Source of the DNA: Pedobacter sp.
GTDB taxonomy: Bacteria; Desulfobacterota; Desulfuromonadia; Desulfuromonadales; Syntrophotaleaceae
Assembly (NCBI GenBank): GCA_050253415.1
Contig: JBFWJC010000001.1
Location: 1,512,679 to 1,576,678 of the forward strand
Length of the DNA: 64,000 bases
Direction: 5' to 3'
Position 1 is the stretch's first letter. Each line of letters starts with the position of its first letter. Positions 9,096 through 18,284 of this stretch are shown here, in pieces. The notes beneath the pieces were generated by a model. The model did not search any database and had not been told where the DNA came from. It was given only the letters and a program-made list of their open reading frames with translations. The translations under genes and the position numbers were made by a program.

Positions 9096-11169
9096 GGATA
9101 CTCACCATTCCTACCGATTGCACCCTCAGATGTGGGGCGATTTCATTATGTGACAGACACACCAGCGTGGGCAGATAGCGTTCGGTCAAGCGCTTGACAT
9201 GCGGTCGAATCGTTGGCGGGCAGAGGAGCACCGGGGTAATGCCGCCGTTGAGGGACTGCATGGCATCGGCCAGACTTTCCAGCAATGCCTGGGCCGTCCC
9301 CGGGTCAAGTGCCAGATAGCTGCCTTCGCTGGTGCGGTGCACCGACTGCTCGATGGTTTCCTCAAGCTGTCGTTCCAGGGTCATCATTTCAAGAAGTTCG
9401 TTGTTTTGAGCATGTTGGCCGCTAATGGCGCGGGCCATGGCCTGGCGCACCTGCTCGGTGAGCAGGTCGGGATCCTTGGAGGCGCCACCCCAATCGGCCA
9501 AGGTCTCCAGAATTGTGCGCAGGTCCCGGATGGAAACCTGTTCGCGTAGAAGATTCTGAAGAACTTTCATGATACATCCCAGCGGTAAAAGATGTGGCGT
9601 CAGCTCCTCGACCAGTTTCGGGAAGCTCTTGCCAAGGTTATCTAGCAAGTTCTGTACCTCTTGGCGGCCAATAAGCTCATGGGCATGTCTTTTTATAATT
9701 TCGGTGATGTGGGTGGTGATCACCGTGGTGCCATCAACCACCGTATATCCGGAGATCTGAGCCCTTTCCTTAAGATCTTCGCCGATCCATGTGGCGGGCA
9801 GGCCAAAGGCCGGTTCGGTGGTCGCCACCCCTTTCAGGGGTTCGGTCGCGATACCGGGATTCATAGCCAGATGATGGTTGGGCAGGATCTCGCCGGTGGC
9901 GATGCGCATCCCTTTGAGCAGCACTGCGTATTCGTTCGGTTTGAGCTGCAGGTTGTCCTTGATGTGAATCGGAGGGATAATAAACCCGAAATCCAGGGCG
10001 AACTGCTTGCGGATTGAACGGATACGCGGCAATAACTCGCCGTTCTGGTTGGCGTCCACCATCGGAATCAAACCGTATCCGACCTCCAGTTCAAGCAGAT
10101 CCACGGACAGCATATCTTCGTAGTTCTCTTCTTTTTCAGCCGGCGGTCGAAGTTCTTCCTGGGTGCGTGCCACGGCTTTATCTGCCTGTTCCTTTTGTAC
10201 TTTATAGGCCGTAAAAGCCAGACCTGCGGAGATCACCAGGAACGGTACCGTCGGCATGCCCGGTATCACAGCAAAAGCCAGCAGAATGCAGGACACCACC
10301 CAGAGCGCCTGGGGGTGAATGGTGAACTGGGATTTCAACGAGGCGCCGAAATCCTGTTCGCCAGCCGTGCGGGTGACCAGAATACCGGCGGCTGTGGAGA
10401 TGATCAGCGCCGGAATCTGCCCCACCAGACCGTCGCCGACGGTAAGAATCGTGTAGGTTTCGGCAGCGGCGCCGGGGGACATGCCTTTTTGCACCACGCC
10501 GATGATGAATCCCGCGCCGACATTGATCAGGGTAATGATGATGCCGGCAATGGCATCCCCTTTGACAAACTTGCTGGCACCGTCCATGGCACCGTAAAAG
10601 GTCGCTTCGCTGGCGATTTCCTTACGTCGCAAACGCGCTTCCGCCTCGGTGAGTAATCCGGAATTAAGGTCGGCATCGATAGCCATCTGCTTGCCCGGCA
10701 TGGCGTCCAGGGTGAAGCGCGCCGCAACCTCGGCCACGCGCCCGGCACCCTTGGTGATGACCATGAAGTTGATGACCACCAGAATGACAAAGACCACGAC
10801 ACCGACCACATAGTTACCGCCGACCACGAATTGTCCAAAAGACTGGATGACCGAGCCCGCCGCTGCGGGTCCCTCGTTGCCGCGCAGCAGGATCAGGCGC
10901 GTCGAAGCCACATTCAGCGAGAGGCGAAACAGGGTGGTGGCGAGCAGTACCGATGGGAAAAGCGCGAATTCCAGGGCTTTCATGGTGTACAGGCAGATGA
11001 TCAGGATCAGCAGGGCAATGGTGATATTCAGTGACAAGAAAACGTCAAGCAGAAAGGACGGTAGTGGCAGAATCATGACCATTAAAATGGCCACCAGCCC
11101 GAACGCCACCATCACGTCACTACGGAAAATAAGAGATTTCCAGTCCTGTTGTCTGAATTGATCAAGCAT
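9085..11169 (-). CDS. flhA: flagellar export gate protein FlhA
   Basis: RVAEVAARFTLDAMPGKQMAIDADL. Start placed at MLDQFR (RBS AAAGGA); the track's start at 11205 lies inside a repeat hairpin. Confidence 0.95.
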   Translation of the reverse strand: MLDQFRQQDWKSLIFRSDVMVAFGLVAILMVMILPLPSFLLDVFLSLNITIALLILIICLYTMKALEFALFPSVLLATTLFRLSLNVASTRLILLRGNEGPAAAGSVIQSFGQFVVGGNYVVGVVVFVILVVINFMVITKGAGRVAEVAARFTLDAMPGKQMAIDADLNSGLLTEAEARLRRKEIASEATFYGAMDGASKFVKGDAIAGIIITLINVGAGFIIGVVQKGMSPGAAAETYTILTVGDGLVGQIPALIISTAAGILVTRTAGEQDFGASLKSQFTIHPQALWVVSCILLAFAVIPGMPTVPFLVISAGLAFTAYKVQKEQADKAVARTQEELRPPAEKEENYEDMLSVDLLELEVGYGLIPMVDANQNGELLPRIRSIRKQFALDFGFIIPPIHIKDNLQLKPNEYAVLLKGMRIATGEILPNHHLAMNPGIATEPLKGVATTEPAFGLPATWIGEDLKERAQISGYTVVDGTTVITTHITEIIKRHAHELIGRQEVQNLLDNLGKSFPKLVEELTPHLLPLGCIMKVLQNLLREQVSIRDLRTILETLADWGGASKDPDLLTEQVRQAMARAISGQHAQNNELLEMMTLERQLEETIEQSVHRTSEGSYLALDPGTAQALLESLADAMQSLNGGITPVLLCPPTIRPHVKRLTERYLPTLVCLSHNEIAPHLRVQSVGMVSIHAG

Positions 11170-11192
11170 GTATAGAATCGTCCTTTGTGAAT

Positions 11193-11230
11193 CGTCATTG
11201 GTCATTTAAACAAATGACAAATGACGGTTT
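11193..11230. repeat. short inverted heptamer repeat hairpin between flhB and flhA
   Basis: cgtcattg gtcattt aaac aaatgac aaatgacg gttt. Confidence 0.7.
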
Positions 11231-11252
11231 AACGCCTTTTTAGTCCGAATGT

Positions 11253-12308
11253 TTAACGTTTTTTGAGTCCATAAACGTAGGCGAGGATTTCCGCGACCGC
11301 CTGGAACATCTCCTCCGGCACTTCGCGACCGATCTCGACTTTGTACAATGCCCTTGCGATCGGTTTGTTTTCTACCAGCGGGACCTTGTTTTCCCGGGCG
11401 ATTTCACGGATGCGCATGGCGACGGCATCAGCGCCCTTGGCCACGACCTGCGGTGCGCCCATACGGCTGCGATCGTAAGCCAGGGCGATGGACAGATGGG
11501 TCGGATTGGTAATGATGACGTCGGCCTTGGGTACCTCTGACATCATGCGCCGCCGGGCGGCCTGCATCTGCATGGAACGGATGTGGGCCTTGATCTGGGG
11601 GTCCCCCTCGCTTTCTTTGTGTTCTTCTTTCTGTTCCTGTTTGGTCATCTTCATTTTCTCTTCCATCTCCCAACGAACGAAAAGAAAATCAAGCAGTCCC
11701 AGTAGGATCATGATTCCGCAGGTACGCAGCATGATGCGACCTGCAACTCTTGCCAGATAACTGACAGAGTCATTGATGTCCATATCGACAAGATTGAGGG
11801 CCTGTCCGAATTCCGACAGGATCACCTTGTAGGCAACCACTCCAACCAGCAGCACCTTGAGCAGGGATTTGACCACCTCGATGATCGAGCGTTTTGAAAT
11901 CAGACGGATCATCCCCGTAACCGGATTGATCTTAGTAAAATTCGGTTCCAACGGTTTGGTCGTAAAAATCCAGCCGACCTGCAGATAGCTCGATGCAAAA
12001 CCGATAATAAGGGTCATTAGCATGATCGGTGCCAGAAGCAGCCCGATTTGCTGTAGCAGTTGTCCAAAAAGTATGACGATCGACAGGGGAGTGACTTCGA
12101 ATTCGCCGGCAAGACTCCACATGTGATTCAGGATGCCGGACAGGGTACGCCAGAATAAGGGGGCGTAGAAGGTCCATAACAACAGTGTGCCGGTCATCAG
12201 CGCCGCTGTATGAACTTCCTTGCTTTGTGCCACCTCGCCTTTTTCCCGGAAATCCGAGCGCCGTTTGCCGGTGGCTTGTTCTGTGCGTTCCTGATCGGAG
12301 TCCGCCAT
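11253..12308 (-). CDS. flhB: flagellar export switch protein FlhB
   Basis: ERTEQAT N-terminus; NPTH autocleavage motif. Confidence 0.96.
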   Translation of the reverse strand: MADSDQERTEQATGKRRSDFREKGEVAQSKEVHTAALMTGTLLLWTFYAPLFWRTLSGILNHMWSLAGEFEVTPLSIVILFGQLLQQIGLLLAPIMLMTLIIGFASSYLQVGWIFTTKPLEPNFTKINPVTGMIRLISKRSIIEVVKSLLKVLLVGVVAYKVILSEFGQALNLVDMDINDSVSYLARVAGRIMLRTCGIMILLGLLDFLFVRWEMEEKMKMTKQEQKEEHKESEGDPQIKAHIRSMQMQAARRRMMSEVPKADVIITNPTHLSIALAYDRSRMGAPQVVAKGADAVAMRIREIARENKVPLVENKPIARALYKVEIGREVPEEMFQAVAEILAYVYGLKKR

Positions 12309-12317
12309 GATGATTTC

Positions 12318-13094
12318 CTATAGCAGGGTCAATAATTCGTAAAAACGCTGTTGCAAGGCACCATATTCCCGTTGCAACATCACCGCCAGTAATTGCAGAG
12401 TCAATCCCATGGCAATAAAGGAGACCCCGATATTGATGGGGAACGAGAGCATAAAGGCGTTGAGTTGCTGGAAAATGCGCGACATGATGCCCAGTACCAG
12501 TCCTGACAGGAGCAGGACAATAAGTACCGGGGCACTGAATTTTACGGCCATTGTGAACATGTCGCCCGTCAAGCGGGACAGGTAGAGAACGGCACCGCCT
12601 CCCAGGTTGATATCTCCGGCAGGCAGCAGTCGGTAGGAGTCGGCGATGAGCCGCAGAAACATATGGTGGATGTCCAGTGCCAGAAAGATAAAAATGGCAA
12701 ACACATTTTGAAACTGCGAGATCAGGGAAATCTGATGCTGGCTTTGCGGGTCGAAAACATTGGCTGCGGCAAAACCCATCTGATAACCGATAATGGCGCC
12801 GCCGAACTCCACCGCGACAAACACCAGCCGGGCGATAAACCCGATCATCAGGCCGACCATGGTTTCCTTCGCCATAAGGATGCCCAGGGTGATGGGCGTC
12901 AGGGTGGCTTGTGGCAGGATAGGGGGGAGGACCGGGAATACCACCAATGCCAGGGTGACCGAGAGAGCAACGCGTATTCGAACCGGCACCTGTGCACTGC
13001 CAAAAACGGGTAGGGCGCTGAATAAGGAGGTCACACGCGCAGCGCAGACCAGAAACGCCTGAATCGTTTCGAGTGGCAGCAGTTCAATCTGCAT
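12318..13094 (-). CDS. fliR: flagellar export protein FliR
   Basis: Multi-TM protein; GYQMGF...FDP motif; start trimmed to MQIELL, overlapping the fliQ stop. Confidence 0.92.
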   Translation of the reverse strand: MQIELLPLETIQAFLVCAARVTSLFSALPVFGSAQVPVRIRVALSVTLALVVFPVLPPILPQATLTPITLGILMAKETMVGLMIGFIARLVFVAVEFGGAIIGYQMGFAAANVFDPQSQHQISLISQFQNVFAIFIFLALDIHHMFLRLIADSYRLLPAGDINLGGGAVLYLSRLTGDMFTMAVKFSAPVLIVLLLSGLVLGIMSRIFQQLNAFMLSFPINIGVSFIAMGLTLQLLAVMLQREYGALQQRFYELLTLL

Positions 13095-13363
13095 CAGCCG
13101 CCTACATTCGCGATATTGCCGATGATGTTTCGGGTGAAAGCGAGCAAGGTGCGGATCATCCAGGGTGCGCAAATCAGGAGGGTCACGAAAACCACCACGA
13201 TTTTGGGGATAAATGTCATTGTCTGTTCGTTAATCTGGGTCGCGGCCTGAAAGATACTTACCAGCAGACCGACGACAAGGCCGGAAAGCAGGAGCGGCGC
13301 TGCGAGCAGCAACACGGTTTCGATAGCCTGGCGACCAAGAGTAATGGCGAATTCGGGGGTCAT
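13094..13363 (-). CDS. fliQ: flagellar export protein FliQ
   Basis: FQAATQINEQTMTFIPK. Confidence 0.96.
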   Translation of the reverse strand: MTPEFAITLGRQAIETVLLLAAPLLLSGLVVGLLVSIFQAATQINEQTMTFIPKIVVVFVTLLICAPWMIRTLLAFTRNIIGNIANVGG

Positions 13364-13394
13364 GGAGCGGGTTTCCTTTTGGGCTGACCAGAAG

Positions 13395-14159
13395 TTAAAA
13401 AACGTGAAAGCTCTGAACCAGTGAGCCGACGATCAGGGTCCAGCCATCGACCAGCACGAACAGCAGGAGTTTAAACGGAAGCGAGATGATTATGGGGGGC
13501 AGCATCATCATGCCCATGGACATGAGAACCGATGCGACAATCATGTCGATGACCAAAAAAGGGATGTAGATCATAAAGCCGATCTCGAAGGCACGCTTGA
13601 GTTCGGACAGCATAAACGCCGGGATCAGCGTCAGGGTCGGCACATCGTCGATACCGGCGGGATCGGAGTGCCCTGAAATATCCATCAGAAGGGTCAGTTC
13701 GCTTTCCGTCGTCTGGGAAAACATGAACTTGCGCATCGGTTCCACAGCCAGGGTCAGAGCCTGTTTCTGGTCTATTTTCTGCGCGAGATAGGGTTGCACA
13801 GCCTGATCGTTGATTTGATTGAACACCGGCGACATGATGAAAAAGGTCAGAAACAGCGACAGCCCGATGATGATCTGGTTCGGGGGCATCTGCTGGGTGC
13901 CCATGGCCTGGCGCAGAAAAGACAGCACCACGGCCAGACGAACGAAGGCGGTGGTCATCAGCAGGATGGCCGGAGCCACCGACAAGACCGTCATGATCAG
14001 CAGAATCTGCATGAGGGTCGACGGTGGCGGTTGGTTGCCGGTTTGTCCGATACCGATGGTAATCGCCGGAAGAGGATCGGCGAGGACCGTTGTCGGCAGC
14101 AGGATCAGCAGGGCCAGTAAGGTCAGCAGAGCCAGTGTCAGGCCTGCGGCGGATTTCAT
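13395..14159 (-). CDS. fliP: flagellar export protein FliP
   Basis: GTQQMPPNQ and MGMMMLPP motifs. Confidence 0.96.
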   Translation of the reverse strand: MKSAAGLTLALLTLLALLILLPTTVLADPLPAITIGIGQTGNQPPPSTLMQILLIMTVLSVAPAILLMTTAFVRLAVVLSFLRQAMGTQQMPPNQIIIGLSLFLTFFIMSPVFNQINDQAVQPYLAQKIDQKQALTLAVEPMRKFMFSQTTESELTLLMDISGHSDPAGIDDVPTLTLIPAFMLSELKRAFEIGFMIYIPFLVIDMIVASVLMSMGMMMLPPIIISLPFKLLLFVLVDGWTLIVGSLVQSFHVF

Positions 14160-14548
14160 GGCGTATCCTTCATGCGCTTGCGCAGCGTTTGCTCAAAAGG
14201 TTCTTCTTTTTCAATATCGGCGGGCAGGGGCATATCGCACAGCAATTCGATCCGCTCGCCCGTCACTCCCAACAACAATTCCCGATCGCGTACCTTAACC
14301 AGGTAGAGAACTTTTTTCGGCCCCAGAGGTCGCGTTTCACGTATCTGGATGATGCCGCTGCGTGCGTTTGCCGGCCAACGTAACCAGCGCTGAGCCGCGG
14401 CGTATAGCAGCAGGATGACAGCCATGACTATGACCAGTCCGGCCCATAGCTGGAGTCCGCCCGTTACAGGTCCCGGCGTTTTCTCTGCCGCGTGCGCGAG
14501 GCCTGACATCAACAGCAGGGCGGGCGCTATGGGTATAACTCTTGTCAT
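14156..14548 (-). CDS. fliO: flagellar biosynthesis protein FliO
   Basis: TM helix plus LGPKKVLYLVKV...LLLGVT; lies between fliN and fliP. Confidence 0.85.
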   Translation of the reverse strand: MTRVIPIAPALLLMSGLAHAAEKTPGPVTGGLQLWAGLVIVMAVILLLYAAAQRWLRWPANARSGIIQIRETRPLGPKKVLYLVKVRDRELLLGVTGERIELLCDMPLPADIEKEEPFEQTLRKRMKDTP

Positions 14549-14856
14549 CCAAGATTCTCCAGGCGCTCCGCCGGACTTACCACGTCGGTCAGGCGCAGGC
14601 CATAACGATCTTTGACCATGACCGCTTCGCCGCGAGCGATCAGCCGCGAGTTCACATACAGGTCCAGCGGTTCGCCGGCCAGTTTATCCAGCTCGATAAT
14701 GCTGCCTTCCTGTAATTGCAACAGATCTTTAATCGGCATGCGGGTGGATCCGATTTCGACGGAAACCTCCAGAGGGATATCGAGCAGAAATCCCAGTTCG
14801 CGAATTTCCTTTTGGGTGGGCTGGGGTTTAGCCTGCGCGTTTTCGTCAGTGGGCAT
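14545..14856 (-). CDS. fliN: flagellar motor switch protein FliN
   Basis: SpoA domain LLDIPLEVSVEIG...LIARGEAV. Confidence 0.95.
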   Translation of the reverse strand: MPTDENAQAKPQPTQKEIRELGFLLDIPLEVSVEIGSTRMPIKDLLQLQEGSIIELDKLAGEPLDLYVNSRLIARGEAVMVKDRYGLRLTDVVSPAERLENLG

Positions 14857-14956
14857 GTTGTCCTCGCTATGGTTTTTAGCCGGGTTTCTGTTTGTAAAGA
14901 AGCTTTTCCGTATCAGAAACGGCTCCTTTCACTTCCGGCGTTCCGGGTGAAAGAGC

Positions 14957-15952
14957 CTAGATAAGGTTTCGTTGAATGCGGCCGGAGATACGAACGGCTT
15001 TTTTTCCCTGGTGGGTACCGGCCATGGCCTGGAATTTCGGTTGCCCGGCCGCTCTGATCTGCAGAGGGCTGGAAGGGGCACATCCCAGATCGAGAATATC
15101 CCCCACTTCAAAATTGAGGATATCCCTTACCGTCAGGTTGAGGGTTGCCAGTCGCGCGGAGAGCTCCACGTCCATCTGGTAGATCTCCTGCTCCAGTTGC
15201 GATTGCCAGGGGCGCTCTGTCGATTCCGAAAAGACCGCGGTACGTTCGCGCATTTTTTCTTTGAGAGGGTCGAGCATGGTCATGGGTAGTACCAGGATGA
15301 TCTCATCTTCAAGGTTTTCACTGGTAACGACGAAGCGTGCTGCCAGAACGGAGGCATCCCCCGGGACAATGTTGATCAGGCGTGGTGAACTCTCAATTTT
15401 CACCAGCGTGCTTTCAAGCTTTTCCAAAGGGGAAAAGGTTTTGTTCAAATCCTGACAGGCGTCTGTGACGACGTTGCGTAGAATATTGGTTTCGATAATG
15501 GTAAGGGGTCTGTCAGGCAAGGTCAGTTGTTTATCCGGAGCTCCGCCAAGCAGATGTTCCAGCAAATAGAAAGAGAGACGCTCCTTGAAAATAATCACGC
15601 CCCGCCAACGCAGGGGATCAAGACGAATGACTCCCAAAGCATCCCGTCCGGCAAGCTGCTGCAAAAAAGTGTCGTACTCATAGACTTCCATGATGCCCCT
15701 GCGTACACCGATACTGCGTTGCATACGATTGGTCAGGGAAATCCCAAGGTTGCGGGCCAGGGTATCCAGGATGAGATCGAAATTTTCAATTTTGCAATGG
15801 CGGGGGCCCTGCAGCGCCACCAGGTTGAGGCTCGATACAGTCCGCTTGGTGCTTGACGGCGGTTCCGGCTCTTCATCACGCAGAGGGATCTCCCCCTCAT
15901 GCACTGCGGAAAGCAGCTCGGCGATCTCTTCTTTTGAAAGGATACGTTCCAC
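14957..15952 (-). CDS. fliM: flagellar motor switch protein FliM
   Basis: ILSKEEIAELL CheY-binding motif, LLGG, RPLTIIE and C-terminal SpoA domain. Confidence 0.92.
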   Translation of the reverse strand: MERILSKEEIAELLSAVHEGEIPLRDEEPEPPSSTKRTVSSLNLVALQGPRHCKIENFDLILDTLARNLGISLTNRMQRSIGVRRGIMEVYEYDTFLQQLAGRDALGVIRLDPLRWRGVIIFKERLSFYLLEHLLGGAPDKQLTLPDRPLTIIETNILRNVVTDACQDLNKTFSPLEKLESTLVKIESSPRLINIVPGDASVLAARFVVTSENLEDEIILVLPMTMLDPLKEKMRERTAVFSESTERPWQSQLEQEIYQMDVELSARLATLNLTVRDILNFEVGDILDLGCAPSSPLQIRAAGQPKFQAMAGTHQGKKAVRISGRIQRNLI

Positions 15953-15962
15953 GCTTCGGTCC

Positions 15963-16469
15963 TTATTGAACGACGAATTCGGTGAAATAAATCTTCTGAA
16001 CCTTTCCCTTGCGGAAAAAGCTGTTTATTTTCGCCATGAGCTCCGCCCGCAACTGCAGCTTGCCCTGCAGGTCGGACATTTCGCCAAAGGTCTTATTGCT
16101 GATCAGCAGCAGCACGGCGTCTCGAATTTGCGGCATGCGGTCTGAGGACTCCTGAATGGCGGCCTCGCTGTCAACTTCCAGAGTGATCGCTGCCTTCAGA
16201 TAGCGGGTTCCCTGACCGTCGAGAATGTTGACGATAAACGGTTCCACCTCCACCATCAAACCGCTGAGTACTTTGGTGCCGGTTGCGGGTGCAGCTTCCG
16301 CTCCCGCCTGGGTCTGCGGTTCCGCAGCCGGGGCGTTGGCCTTGCCCATCATGTAAGCCGCCACGCCGATGGCGCCCAGTAGCAGCACACCCAGGACGGC
16401 GAAAATGATTAGATTTAATTTGTTTTTTGAGGTGGCCTTACCCTCGGCTTGTGTTGCTTTTTCCGCCAT
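15963..16469 (-). CDS. fliL: flagellar basal body-associated protein FliL
   Basis: Single TM; PFIVN...RYLK; C-terminal IYFTEFVVQ. Confidence 0.93.
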   Translation of the reverse strand: MAEKATQAEGKATSKNKLNLIIFAVLGVLLLGAIGVAAYMMGKANAPAAEPQTQAGAEAAPATGTKVLSGLMVEVEPFIVNILDGQGTRYLKAAITLEVDSEAAIQESSDRMPQIRDAVLLLISNKTFGEMSDLQGKLQLRAELMAKINSFFRKGKVQKIYFTEFVVQ

Positions 16470-16487
16470 GATTCATTTCCTCACAGA

Positions 16488-17231
16488 CTAGAAGGGGAGT
16501 TGGTCGGCAGCGTCGATCAGATAAGGCAACTGCTCTTTGTATTCATTGAGATTTTCCAGTACGAATTCCACGCGACGGTTGATGGATTTTTGCTCAGGGC
16601 TCAGATTGGGCGCCACCGGCCGACGGTCGCCGTAACCGACAGCTGACATCCGGTCGAGGGGCACCAGGTTTTCACCGGCATAAAATTTCAGAACCGTCAC
16701 GGCGCGTTGTACGGAAATATCCCAGTTGGTGATCTTGGGGTCCGAAGGCTGTTCGTCATCCGTATGTCCCTCGATCCGCAGAAGCAGCGGCAGGGGTTTA
16801 ATCAAACCGGCAATTTCGCGCAGTATCGGTAATGCTTCCGGTTTGAGCTCGGTATTGCCGGCATCGAACAGGATGGCTTCCTTGACTCGGAGAATGACCG
16901 CCCCACGGTCTTGAACCAGATCGATTTCACGGTCGATGCGCAACCGCGAAAGCATGGACTGCACGCGATTATACAGGCGGGCTACGTAGTCATCATCCAT
17001 CGGCGCATAACTGATGACCTGGGGCTTGTTGACTTCGCTTACGCTGGAGCTTTGCAGGAAGCCGAAGGCTCCCTTGAGAGATCCGATGGCATCGAAGAAT
17101 TTGCGTTTGTCCATATTGGCCATGGATAGCAGCAACACAAAAAATGTCAGCAGCAATGTCACCATGTCGCTGTAGGTGACCATCCATGCCGGCGCGCCGG
17201 CAGGTCCTTTTTTTGGCTTTCTTGGAGGCAT
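16488..17231 (-). CDS. motB: flagellar stator protein MotB/PomB
   Basis: WMVTYSDMVTLLLTFFVLL TM segment; OmpA domain (IEGHTD, NRRVE). Confidence 0.94.
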   Translation of the reverse strand: MPPRKPKKGPAGAPAWMVTYSDMVTLLLTFFVLLLSMANMDKRKFFDAIGSLKGAFGFLQSSSVSEVNKPQVISYAPMDDDYVARLYNRVQSMLSRLRIDREIDLVQDRGAVILRVKEAILFDAGNTELKPEALPILREIAGLIKPLPLLLRIEGHTDDEQPSDPKITNWDISVQRAVTVLKFYAGENLVPLDRMSAVGYGDRRPVAPNLSPEQKSINRRVEFVLENLNEYKEQLPYLIDAADQLPF

Positions 17232-17233
17232 AC

Positions 17234-18007
17234 TCAGCTCTTCTTGCCGAAGTGGGATTCGCGGTCCTTGGGCGCAACAAAGGCATGCAGACGGTGCTCA
17301 AGAACCCGGGGGTTTTCACCTTCGAGAATCGAGCGCATACCCTCGGCGATCAGGGTTTTGTCGAGGACCTCCTCTGCTGAACGGTTTTTCAACTTGCCGG
17401 ACATCGGCATGCAGAGAATATTGGCTATGACTGAACCGTAAAAGGTCGTTAACAGGGCCACCGCCATGGCCGGACCTATAGAAGACGGATCATTCATGGT
17501 CTGGAGCATCTGCACCAGGCCGATCAGGGTTCCGATCATGCCCATGGCGGGCGCGTAGGTGCCAAGTGCTATCATGAAATCCGAGCCGCGCTCATGGCGT
17601 TCCTGCAGGTATTCGATTTCCCGATCGAGCATCTCCTTGAGTTTTTCCGGTTCCTGGCCGTCAACCGCCATCTGCAGGCCCTTAAGGAAGAAAGGGTCGT
17701 CAACTTCCTTGGTGACAGCTTGCAAGGATAAAATTCCTTCTTTGCGCGCCTTGCCCGCGTAATTGATGATCTGGGCAATACGCTCCGTGGAGGAAAAATG
17801 GTGGGTGAAGAGGGTCTTCTTAATGATAGACAGGGTCCCGATCATATCCTTGAAGGTGTAATGTACCAAGGTTGTTCCGATGGTACCGCCGACAACGATC
17901 ATGGCCGAAGGGGGATCGATAAAGATAGTGAGGCCTCCACCGCTGGAAATGGCCAGAAGCATCAGGATGAAAGCTGCTACAACGCCTACAATGGTTGAAA
18001 AGTCCAT
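17234..18007 (-). CDS. motA: flagellar stator protein MotA/PomA
   Basis: ARKEGILSL; APAMGMIGTLIGLV; MAVALLTTFYG. Confidence 0.94.
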   Translation of the reverse strand: MDFSTIVGVVAAFILMLLAISSGGGLTIFIDPPSAMIVVGGTIGTTLVHYTFKDMIGTLSIIKKTLFTHHFSSTERIAQIINYAGKARKEGILSLQAVTKEVDDPFFLKGLQMAVDGQEPEKLKEMLDREIEYLQERHERGSDFMIALGTYAPAMGMIGTLIGLVQMLQTMNDPSSIGPAMAVALLTTFYGSVIANILCMPMSGKLKNRSAEEVLDKTLIAEGMRSILEGENPRVLEHRLHAFVAPKDRESHFGKKS

Positions 18008-18082
18008 ACTACCCCTCGGTAAAATGAGCGTCCACGTCTAAACGTGGCCAGTGCGCCTCAATCTTTGTTCTTAAGCCCTTTT

Positions 18083-18098
18083 CGCAAAGAGTGTGCCA
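18083..18098 (-). promoter_or_regulatory. sigma54 -24/-12 promoter for the motA-fliL... operon
   Basis: Minus strand TGGCACACTCTTTGCG, near-consensus. Confidence 0.8.
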
Positions 18099-18218
18099 GC
18101 TGAGTGTTCGCTGTGAATGTTATTATATGGTGTGTGCCATTTAGTTTAAAAAAAGCGGTTTATTAAGGTCTTGCAGGCTTTGGCCGAACACCTGTCTGTA
18201 TAGCCCAACGTTACAATT

Positions 18219-18251
18219 AAAAAAACCGCCCCGTTGCTGCAGGGCGGTTTT
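18219..18251 (-). terminator. intrinsic terminator after flgE
   Basis: Minus strand aaaaccgccc...gggcggttttttt stem-loop with U-tract. Confidence 0.75.
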
Positions 18252-18284
18252 CAGGTATGTCAGAGTTTTGACCAATTCAGGTGG

